Shown: positions 7,736 through 15,342 of the stretch, piece after piece
How positions within the stretch are numbered: the first letter of the stretch is position 1
How the letters are laid out: every line of letters begins with the position of its first letter
Source: Kiritimatiella glycovorans
Lineage (GTDB): Bacteria > Verrucomicrobiota > Kiritimatiellia > Kiritimatiellales > Kiritimatiellaceae
DNA length: 32,000 nucleotides
Assembly: GCF_001017655.1 (NCBI RefSeq)
Contig: NZ_CP010904.1
Location: 750,001-782,000 of the forward strand
Direction of reading: 5' to 3'
Made by a program: the position numbers and the translations under genes
The notes under the pieces: generated by a model
Told to the model about the DNA's origin: nothing
Database searches by the model: none
What the model saw: only the letters and a program-made list of their open reading frames with translations

Positions 7736-9120
7736 GCCGGAACCCCCATCAGTTCTTTCTGCTTGTTCCGGTCGGCCTTGTGCAGTTCGCGGACCAGGGC
7801 CTGGGCAGGCAGGCCGGCGGGGCAGGAGGTCATTTGGAGGCTGCGGAAGGCAAGCGGGAGATTTTTCGCCTCGTAGGGCTCCGTGTCGTCGATCACGGCG
7901 GGGAAGATAAAGCCCGGCCGGCGTTCGGCGTTGCGCTCGACGAAATCGCGAGCCTCCTTCCACTCGCGGTAGAAGAAACGGTCCTGCGAAGCGGCCTCGG
8001 TATTCGCGGATATCAGCGGCACAAACGCGGCGGCCTTGTGAATGTTGCGGACGATCTCGGGCACCCAGGCGCAGCCGGGGGCGAGCTTGGCTTCATCCAG
8101 CCACACCTCGAGCCCCCACTCATCGAGCGCATCGCGCATGGCACGCGCCGCCTCAAGGTCCTCGCGCGCGTAGCTGAGAAAGATCGCTCCCTCGGTCATG
8201 GGCGCGCGCCGGGGTCCGCCCGGGCCCGCGGCCCCCTTGCGTGAGGTCTCGCGCCAGCGGTCGCGCAATTCGCGCACGAATTCTCCGGCCGAACCCTCGT
8301 AGAGTCCCGCATCGGCGCAGTAGCGCGTGACGAAGTGGCAGAAGGAGGTGTCGTGCGCCTCCCGGCCGCCGAGGAAAAGTCCCTGGGTCTCATGACTGTT
8401 GATCGGCGCATTCTTGATCAGGCGCAGGAGGAAGCGACCGAGCCAGTCGGGATACCCGAAACCGATCAACAACAGATTGCTGGTCTTCAGTTCGTCGAAG
8501 AGTACGTTCGGCTGGCGTTCGGGATTCTGCAGCGCGGTTACAAATTCCAGTGTGTCGATCTCGCTGAGGGCGTAATTCGGCCGGGCGCTCGGCGCGCCCA
8601 TCAGGTGGTAGACGATCGGCTGTTCCAGCGTGTCGAGCTGGATCGTAGAGGGCAGGTCGACGGGGGCATCAGGCGAATAGACCAGTTCGCTCGCATCCCC
8701 TAGAGCTTCGTCGAGCAGGGGGCAGATGGTCAGGTTCACGAAAAGGCGGAACGAGGTGATCTCGGCGAGCGCCCGGAGGTTGGGGCCCGGCTTGAGCGGA
8801 GCGCGGAGAATCGCCTTGGCCTTCGGGTAGACCGACTTGATGTTGCCGCCCCCGTCGAGATGGGCGCGAACGACCGCATCCACATTCGGAGATGTCCCGT
8901 TTTCGTTTTCAGGCGACACGTCGAGCGATTGTGCCAGCGTCTCGGCGAGGTAGTCCTGGAACAGCCGCACGGTGCCGTCGATTTCGACATCCATAATGCG
9001 CGGCCCGAGAACGGGAATGACCCGTCCTTCGTCCAGGAACTCCAGCACGTCTTCGATGGAATAGGTCTGACGCATACCACGCCGATCATTTGAACGGGCC
9101 CACTTAACGGCCCGCCGCAT
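7732..9120 (-). CDS. Fusion protein: N-terminal SIR2-like (SIR2_2-type) domain plus C-terminal TIR domain
   Basis: N-terminal half: VIPVLGPRI.., PIVYHLMGAPSARPNYALSEIDTLEF and NLLLIGFGYPDWLGRFLL parallel the GAG / KLHG..T..DY / GYS..D blocks of SIR2_2 proteins. C-terminal half: AIFLSYAREDLEAARAMRDALDEWGLEVWLDEAKLAPGCAWVPEIVRNIHKAAAFVPLISANT...FFYREWKEA is a typical bacterial TIR. Alternative start at ATG 9075. Confidence 0.75.
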   Translation of the reverse strand: MRRAVKWARSNDRRGMRQTYSIEDVLEFLDEGRVIPVLGPRIMDVEIDGTVRLFQDYLAETLAQSLDVSPENENGTSPNVDAVVRAHLDGGGNIKSVYPKAKAILRAPLKPGPNLRALAEITSFRLFVNLTICPLLDEALGDASELVYSPDAPVDLPSTIQLDTLEQPIVYHLMGAPSARPNYALSEIDTLEFVTALQNPERQPNVLFDELKTSNLLLIGFGYPDWLGRFLLRLIKNAPINSHETQGLFLGGREAHDTSFCHFVTRYCADAGLYEGSAGEFVRELRDRWRETSRKGAAGPGGPRRAPMTEGAIFLSYAREDLEAARAMRDALDEWGLEVWLDEAKLAPGCAWVPEIVRNIHKAAAFVPLISANTEAASQDRFFYREWKEARDFVERNAERRPGFIFPAVIDDTEPYEAKNLPLAFRSLQMTSCPAGLPAQALVRELHKADRNKQKELMGVPA

Positions 9121-9229
9121 AAAGGATTGTCGCGCCCGCCGCGATAAGTCAAGATCGGGGCGGTACGTTACGGGTTCCCGGGAAAGGTGGGATGCGGGAG
9201 AACTGAGAAGGAGGGAAAAAGGGATTCAC

Positions 9230-9359
9230 CATGAAGAGCATGAAGGTGGGTTGAGAGGGGTGAACATAATTCGTACTCTTACTCTTACTCGTACTCGTAC
9301 GCGTACTCGGAGCGCCGAAGGCGCGATCCCACTCCCCCCTGTTCAGGGAACTCGAGTAC
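9230..9359 (+). repeat. Composite intergenic repeat, copy B (CATGAAG box plus a degenerate palindrome)
   Basis: Aligns with 3007-3130 in direct orientation, with a 6-nt TTACTC expansion, a 1-nt indel and a few substitutions. The right palindrome arm is degraded (GAGTATGAGTACGATGTGAC). It lies about 110 nt upstream of the SIR2-TIR start. Confidence 0.85.
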
Positions 9360-9491
9360 AAGCATTGCTTCGCGGAGTATGAGTACGATGTGACGCGAGC
9401 GGATTTTTAATCCAGCCGCTACGATTCCGGCCGTTCCGCAAGAATCCATGAAGAACCCTGTTTTTCCTCAAACGAAACACCCGCATCCGCC

Positions 9492-10559
9492 TCATACATC
9501 CAGGTGTTGTTTGATAAATGCGGCGATAGCGTCAAATGCAGCTTCATGGTTTTTATAGTCGCGGTCCATCCGGCGCACGCATTCGACACCGACTTTTTCC
9601 GCCTTCTTCTCCAGGTATCGGCCGAAGTTCGAATGATGGATATTGCCCGGGACGCTTTGTTTTTCGAAATGAAAAGAGAATACCGGCGGGTCGCCGGCGT
9701 CCAGATGGGTTACGGGCGAAGCGTCTTTAAACAGCGCATCCTGTTCCGGCGTAATCCGGGCGGTGTCGAGCGACCAGTTCTCCGGAAGGCCGTAGAAGGC
9801 CGGCAGCGCGTCGTGCCGACCGGTCATTCCCGGGATGATCTCACGAATCACACGCGGGTCGTACGTCGACTGCATATTGTACGCGAGGACGCAGGAGAGG
9901 CGGGTCGACTGGCGCTCGATCGGATCGCTGCTCGCCGGATCGGCGAGATCATCATGGAACCCCAGCCACTGCGCGATTCCCGACCCGGCCGAGCCCCCGC
10001 CCGCGGCCACACGCCGCGGGTCGATAGCCCATTCCTCCGCCCTGGAACGCAGAAACTGGATGGCGCGCGCGCTGTCCTCCATCGGTTGCGGGTACGGTCC
10101 GAGGTGCGTGAGACGATAATTGACCGACGCTACGGAAACGCCGGACTCCAGAAGCCTCTCCATCAGTTCCCGGGGAATCCCGGACTTGTCGCCGCCCCGG
10201 AATCCTCCCCCGTGAAACCAGACGAACAGCGGCGCGGGCCGGTCCGACGCCGCTTCCCAGAAGTCGAGCACCATGCTCTCGTGCTCGCCGTAGCAAACGT
10301 CGCGGTGCGTGGGGGGCACACGATATGGCCGTTTCTTCCGGCCCCTCTCGCGGCGCGAGGCCCGAACCTCGTTCTCCGTAAGCATCCCATCGCGGTTTCG
10401 ATCGAGCCCCGGCCTGCGCTCAAGCAGTTTGCGGAGACCGGCGTGGTTTTCGGAAGTCCGTGCACCCTCACTTCGCAACCCACCCGGACCCGCCAGACAC
10501 AGTAAGGCGATCAGCCCTATCCGTATCCTCGTTCCCATCGCATGAATCTCTGGTGTCAT
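9492..10559 (-). CDS. Secreted alpha/beta-hydrolase-fold esterase (HGGG-type)
   Basis: Signal-peptide-like MGTRIRIGLIALLCLAG (alternative start 10538). EF-hand-like loop DRNRDGMLTENE. Oxyanion motif WFHGGGF. Nucleophile elbow GGGSAGSG. Confidence 0.8.
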   Translation of the reverse strand: MTPEIHAMGTRIRIGLIALLCLAGPGGLRSEGARTSENHAGLRKLLERRPGLDRNRDGMLTENEVRASRRERGRKKRPYRVPPTHRDVCYGEHESMVLDFWEAASDRPAPLFVWFHGGGFRGGDKSGIPRELMERLLESGVSVASVNYRLTHLGPYPQPMEDSARAIQFLRSRAEEWAIDPRRVAAGGGSAGSGIAQWLGFHDDLADPASSDPIERQSTRLSCVLAYNMQSTYDPRVIREIIPGMTGRHDALPAFYGLPENWSLDTARITPEQDALFKDASPVTHLDAGDPPVFSFHFEKQSVPGNIHHSNFGRYLEKKAEKVGVECVRRMDRDYKNHEAAFDAIAAFIKQHLDV

Positions 10560-10869
10560 GATGGAGCGGCCCTCCTTTTGTCTGCTCGCGAACTATGGGG
10601 CGAACCCTTTCGTTTGCGTGCTCTCCCGCGGGGTCTCTTTCAACCCCCGCGTCGCGATGACCGGAGTCGAGCCTACCCGAGCAATGCCGGGAGAGAAAGG
10701 GGTTTCCATAAAGGGGGGATGATCATTGCAAAACGGAACAGGTAGCGCCGTATCCGGATTGACGAAGTCGGCTGAGATATTCGTCTTTGTGTATTACTCG
10801 CAATGAGTTAGATTCGGGTTTGGCGCGGGTGGTTCAGGTTGCGCCTCTTAACCCCGGGAGAGATACAAT

Positions 10870-11325
10870 ATGGCCCTGAAGGACGAGCTTAAAAAATTGA
10901 TCATCACCGAAGCCCGTCGGGAAATCCGCAGCGAGCTTCAGTCCGTAAAGAGCATGAACAATCGGCAGAAGAAGCATATCGCCAATCTGCGGCGTCAAAT
11001 CGATGCCCTCGAAAAAAGGATGAAGGCGCTTGAGAAACGGGTGCCGGAAGAACCGGCCGGTCTTGAGGTCCCGGGTGAAGAGGTCGGCGGCTGGCTCACG
11101 GGCAACGGTGTAAAGGCGGCCCGGGAACGGTTCGGATTCAGCCGGGCGCAGATGGGGACCCTGGCCGGGGTAAGCGATCAGAGCATCCTTAACTGGGAAA
11201 ACCGCGGCCGTAAAAAGATCGAATTCAGAAGTGCCGAGACCCTGGCCCGGATGAAGGCGATTGTGGCTCTGGGCAAGCGTGAGGCCCAAAGTGAACTGGA
11301 GCGAATGGAGGCGGCGCAGGGCTGA
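10870..11325 (+). CDS. Helix-turn-helix (XRE/Cro-like) protein with an N-terminal coiled coil
   Basis: ATG preceded by GGGAGAG. N-terminal heptad-rich IRSELQSVKSMNNRQKKHIANLRRQIDALEKRMKALEKR. C-terminal GFSRAQMGTLAGVSDQSILNWENRG is an HTH. Confidence 0.7.
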   Translation: MALKDELKKLIITEARREIRSELQSVKSMNNRQKKHIANLRRQIDALEKRMKALEKRVPEEPAGLEVPGEEVGGWLTGNGVKAARERFGFSRAQMGTLAGVSDQSILNWENRGRKKIEFRSAETLARMKAIVALGKREAQSELERMEAAQG

Positions 11326-11594
11326 GCTTTTTTGAAACCTGTCATCCGTGGTCGTTCCCGCCTGTTCGAAAACGCAAGACATGACTCTCGCAAAGATCGC
11401 AAAGAGAAATGAGAATCGCATAGGCAAGGGAATCGTGTTTTCCGAATGAAGAAATTCCCTGGCCACCTTGGCGGCCTGGCGGGAGAAAAACAGGTTCGAA
11501 CCAGTCACTTCAGCGGACGGAGTCCCGCCGCTGAGTTCAACCGTTATGCACAATAGTAATAGCGGAAAATATGCAGATAGGGAACGGACATTAA

Positions 11595-14054
11595 ATGGCA
11601 CTGAAAAAATCCCAACTCTACACCTCCCTCTGGCAGTCCTGCGACGAGTTGCGCGGCGGCATGGACGCCTCCCAGTACAAGGACTACGTCCTGACGCTGC
11701 TGTTCATGAAGTACGTCAGCGACAAGCAGGATTCGCTGATCGAGGTTCCCGAGGGCGGCAGCTTCCAGGACATGGTAGCGCTGAAGGGCGACAAGGAGAT
11801 CGGCGACAAGATCAACAAGATCATCGGGCGCTTGGCCGAGGCCAACGATCTCAAAGGCGTCATCGACCAGGCGGACTTCAACGACGAGACCAAACTCGGT
11901 TCCGGCAAGGACATGCAGGACCGGCTCTCCAAGCTCGTGAGTATTTTTGACCAGCTGGATCTGGGCGCCAACCGCGCCGACGGCGACGACCTGCTGGGCG
12001 ACACCTACGAGTACCTGATGCGCCACTTCGCCACCGAGTCCGGCAAGAGCAAGGGCCAGTTCTACACCCCCGGCGAGGTCTCGCGTGTGATCGCCCAGGT
12101 GGTGGGTATCGGCCCGGATACGCGCCAGGACGAGACGCTGTATGACCCCACCTGCGGCTCGGGCTCGCTGCTGCTGCGCGCCGCTTACGAGGCCCCGCAG
12201 GGTCTGAGCATCTACGGCCAGGAAAACGACAACGCCACCTGGGCGCTGGCGAAGATGAACATGATCCTGCACGACTACCCCACCGCCGAACTGTGGCGGG
12301 ACAACACCCTCTCGCGCCCCTATTTCAAGAGCGCCGACGGCCGCCTCAAGACCTTCGACTACGCCGTCGCCAATCCGCCGTTCTCCGCCAAGTCCTGGAC
12401 CAACGGCCTGGACCCGGCCAACGACGAGTTCGACCGCTTCGAATACGGCATCCCGCCGGCCAAGAACGGCGACTACGCCTTTTTGCTGCACCTGATCAAG
12501 TCGCTCAGGTCCACCGGCAAGGGCGCCATCATCCTGCCCCACGGCGTGCTGTTTCGCGGCAACAAGGAGGCCGACATCCGCCGCAAGCTGATAAGCCGCG
12601 GGCTGATCAAGGGCATTATCGGTCTCCCGGCCAACCTCTTCTACGGTACCGGCATCCCCGCCTGCATCCTGGTCATCGACAAGCAACAGGCCGCCGGCCG
12701 CGAGCACATCTTTATGGTCGACGCCAGCCGCGAGTTCATCAAGGACGGCAACAAGAACCGCCTGCGCTCGCGCGACATCCACAAGATCGTGGACGTATTC
12801 AACCACCAGCGCGATCTGCCCGGCTACGCCCGCCAAGTGCCGCTGGCCGAAATCGCCTCCGAGGCCAACGACTCCAACCTCAACATCCCGCGCTACATCG
12901 ACACGGGCGAGGCCGAGGACCGCCACGACCTCGGCGCGCATCTCAACGGCGGCATCCCCCAGCGCGACGTGGACGCGCTGGCACCCTACTGGTCCGTACT
13001 GCCCGGCCTGCGCGAGGCCTTGTTCAAAGACAACGGCCAGCCCGGCTACCTGGAAGCGAAGGTCGAGACCCGGCAAGTCAAGCCCACCGTGCTGGCGCAC
13101 CCCGACTTCCAGGCCTTCGCGGGCACCGTCAGCGGCGTCATCAACGCCTGGCAGGCGGCCCATCGCTCGGCACTGCACGCCCTGCAAGCCGGCGACAAGC
13201 CCCGGGATGTGATCCACGCCCTGTCCGATGACCTGCTCCAGCGCTTTGCTGAGATACCACTGCTGGACCGCTACGCCGTCTACCAGCGCCTGATGGACTA
13301 CTGGGCCGACGTCATGGCCGACGACGCCCACCTCATCGCCGCCGAGGGCTGGCAGGACGCCGCCCGCCCCCGCGGCGTCATCGACAACAAGGAACGCAAG
13401 ATCAAGGAAGCCCCCGACCTCACCATCGGCAGCGGCAAAAAGGCCAGGAAATACAAGCTGGACCTGATCCCGCCCGCGCTGGTCATCACCCGCTACTTCG
13501 CCGACCAGCAGGCCAGGCTCGAAACACTACAGGCCGAGCAGGAAACCGCCACCCGCGAGCTGGAGGAATTCATCGAGGAACAGGCGTCGATGGATGGGGG
13601 CGAGGAAGACCCCTTGAGCGAGGTCAAAAACGACAAGGGCAAGGTCACCAAAACCGAGATCCCCAAACGCCTCAAGGCCCTCAAGGGCGAGCCGGACAGC
13701 GCCGACGAGATCGCCGCCCTCAAGCAGTGCAAAACGCTCATGGAGGCCGAGGCCAGCGCCAAGACGGCCGTCAAGAACGCCCAGGCCGAGCTCGATCAGG
13801 CCGTGCTCGCCCGCTACGAATCCCTCACCGAGGACGAGATCAGGCAGCTCACGGTGGACGACAAATGGCTGGCCGACATCCGCGCCGCCATCGAATCCGA
13901 AGTCGAGCGCATCACCAACCAACTCGCCGGCCGCGTCCGCGAGCTGGAAGAACGCTACGCCGAGCCCTTGCCGGCCATCGAGCGAGAGGTCGAGGACCTG
14001 GCCGCGCGGGTCACCGGCCACCTGGAGAAAATGGGGGTGCGGGTCGATGGTTGA
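11595..14054 (+). CDS. hsdM: Type I restriction-modification methyltransferase subunit M, with a long coiled-coil C-terminal extension
   Basis: N-terminal HsdM-type LWQSCDELRGGMDASQYKDYVLTLLFMKYVSDK. FYTPGEVS. SAM motif YDPTCGSGSLLL. Catalytic ANPPFS. 819 aa in total. Confidence 0.92.
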   Translation: MALKKSQLYTSLWQSCDELRGGMDASQYKDYVLTLLFMKYVSDKQDSLIEVPEGGSFQDMVALKGDKEIGDKINKIIGRLAEANDLKGVIDQADFNDETKLGSGKDMQDRLSKLVSIFDQLDLGANRADGDDLLGDTYEYLMRHFATESGKSKGQFYTPGEVSRVIAQVVGIGPDTRQDETLYDPTCGSGSLLLRAAYEAPQGLSIYGQENDNATWALAKMNMILHDYPTAELWRDNTLSRPYFKSADGRLKTFDYAVANPPFSAKSWTNGLDPANDEFDRFEYGIPPAKNGDYAFLLHLIKSLRSTGKGAIILPHGVLFRGNKEADIRRKLISRGLIKGIIGLPANLFYGTGIPACILVIDKQQAAGREHIFMVDASREFIKDGNKNRLRSRDIHKIVDVFNHQRDLPGYARQVPLAEIASEANDSNLNIPRYIDTGEAEDRHDLGAHLNGGIPQRDVDALAPYWSVLPGLREALFKDNGQPGYLEAKVETRQVKPTVLAHPDFQAFAGTVSGVINAWQAAHRSALHALQAGDKPRDVIHALSDDLLQRFAEIPLLDRYAVYQRLMDYWADVMADDAHLIAAEGWQDAARPRGVIDNKERKIKEAPDLTIGSGKKARKYKLDLIPPALVITRYFADQQARLETLQAEQETATRELEEFIEEQASMDGGEEDPLSEVKNDKGKVTKTEIPKRLKALKGEPDSADEIAALKQCKTLMEAEASAKTAVKNAQAELDQAVLARYESLTEDEIRQLTVDDKWLADIRAAIESEVERITNQLAGRVRELEERYAEPLPAIEREVEDLAARVTGHLEKMGVRVDG

Positions 14055-15342
14055 GCGGAGCGAGATGATGGAACAGGAGGCCATGCGGGATGCGTCGCTC
14101 GCTTACTCGGTAGAGGCCAGGACGGCTATCGCAGAGGATGTGCCGCCTGGGTACAAGCGGACTGAAGTGGGGGTGATTCCGGAGGATTGGAGCGTCAAGA
14201 CGGTAAGTGAATTCGGTCAAGTGATCACAGGAGGAACCCCTTCCACGAAAGTGCGGGCTTACTGGGGAGATGCTTATCCGTGGGTAACGCCAACAGATAT
14301 ATCTACAAACAAAGATATTTGCTCTACTGAGCGGCACTTGAGTGAGGCTGGGTTCAGAGTAATGCGGGGGCTCCCGGCGAATACGGTGCTAGTTACATGC
14401 ATTGCTAGCATTGGAAAGAATGCAGTTCTGAGAACGCCAGGATCCTGTAACCAACAAATCAACGCTGTGATCCCTGACCGAGACTATGACTCTGACTTTC
14501 TGTACTACCTCTTTGAGTTCTCCAAAAACTACTTGATCGGAAGCGCGGGGACTACTGCTACAAGTATCATTTCCAAAAGTCTATTCAGCAGTTTGGCCTT
14601 TGCTCTACCTGCCATCCGTGAACAACGCGCCATCGCCACCGCCCTGTCGGACGCGGACGCGCTGATCGAATCCCTCGACCGCCTGATCGCCAAAAAGCGC
14701 GCCATCAAACAGGCCGCCATGCAACAACTCCTCACCGGCCAGACCCGCTTGCCGGGCTTCACCGGCGAATGGGAGACGACGCGGTTGGGGGAGATTGCTG
14801 AGATTGTCATGGGGCAATCCCCAGGTTCTGCCTTCTACAACGCGAAAGGGGAAGGGCTACCGTTAATACAAGGCAATGCTGATATTGAGAACCGTCAGAC
14901 GATTCGACGGATAAGCACTACCCAGATCACCAAGAAAGGCAGGCGAGGGGATATTCTTTTGTCAGTGCGCGCGCCAGTCGGCGAAGTCTCGCGCGCAACC
15001 TTCGATGTTTGCTTAGGCCGCGGTGTCTGCGCCCTGCGATTTCCGACCGATTTCTTATTTCACTACTTGGTTTACCTGGAGCCCTCATGGGGAAAGCACT
15101 CAAAAGGATCAACTTTTGATTCAGTGAACTCTGCCGACATTAAGGCCCTGGAGGTCGCGCTACCAGGCACCGAAGAACAAACCGCCATCGCCACCGTCCT
15201 CTCCGATATGGACACCGAAATCGAAGCCCTGGAGCGCCGCCGCGACAAAGCCCGACAGATCAAGCAGGGCATGATGCAGCAGCTCCTCACCGGCCGGGTG
15301 CGGTTGGTGGAACCGGAATCACCCACGGAGGCAAAGGCATGA
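14047..15342 (+). CDS. hsdS: Type I restriction-modification specificity subunit S (two target-recognition domains)
   Basis: Overlaps the hsdM stop by 8 nt. Two conserved spacer helices: LPAIREQRAIATALSDADALIESLDRLIAKKRAIKQAAMQQLLTGQTRLPGF and LPGTEEQTAIATVLSDMDTEIEALERRRDKARQIKQGMMQQLLTGRVRL. Each follows a variable domain of visibly lower GC. Confidence 0.9.
   Translation: MVERSEMMEQEAMRDASLAYSVEARTAIAEDVPPGYKRTEVGVIPEDWSVKTVSEFGQVITGGTPSTKVRAYWGDAYPWVTPTDISTNKDICSTERHLSEAGFRVMRGLPANTVLVTCIASIGKNAVLRTPGSCNQQINAVIPDRDYDSDFLYYLFEFSKNYLIGSAGTTATSIISKSLFSSLAFALPAIREQRAIATALSDADALIESLDRLIAKKRAIKQAAMQQLLTGQTRLPGFTGEWETTRLGEIAEIVMGQSPGSAFYNAKGEGLPLIQGNADIENRQTIRRISTTQITKKGRRGDILLSVRAPVGEVSRATFDVCLGRGVCALRFPTDFLFHYLVYLEPSWGKHSKGSTFDSVNSADIKALEVALPGTEEQTAIATVLSDMDTEIEALERRRDKARQIKQGMMQQLLTGRVRLVEPESPTEAKA

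Noticed and set aside
3409-7876. Series of + strand ORFs (3409-4662, 4726-5235, 5374-6087, 6521-7876) antisense to the STAND/repeat genes
   Set aside because: They have no recognisable motifs and the Ala/Val/Gly/Arg-rich composition of off-strand frames. The minus strand carries coherent repeats and NTPase motifs.
11493-11502. GGTTCGAACC, reminiscent of a tRNA T-loop, as a possible tRNA fragment or att site at the island edge
   Set aside because: There is no flanking T-stem, acceptor stem or CCA context. The sequence is simply a 10-bp palindrome.
10834-11601. 255-aa minus-strand ORF overlapping the HTH gene and the hsdM upstream region
   Set aside because: It is antisense to a gene with a good RBS and an HTH motif, it spans an evidently non-coding spacer, and its sequence has no features.
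11544-13331. 595-aa antisense ORF and 312-aa off-frame ORF within hsdM
   Set aside because: These are GC-driven shadow frames. hsdM motifs occupy the annotated frame.
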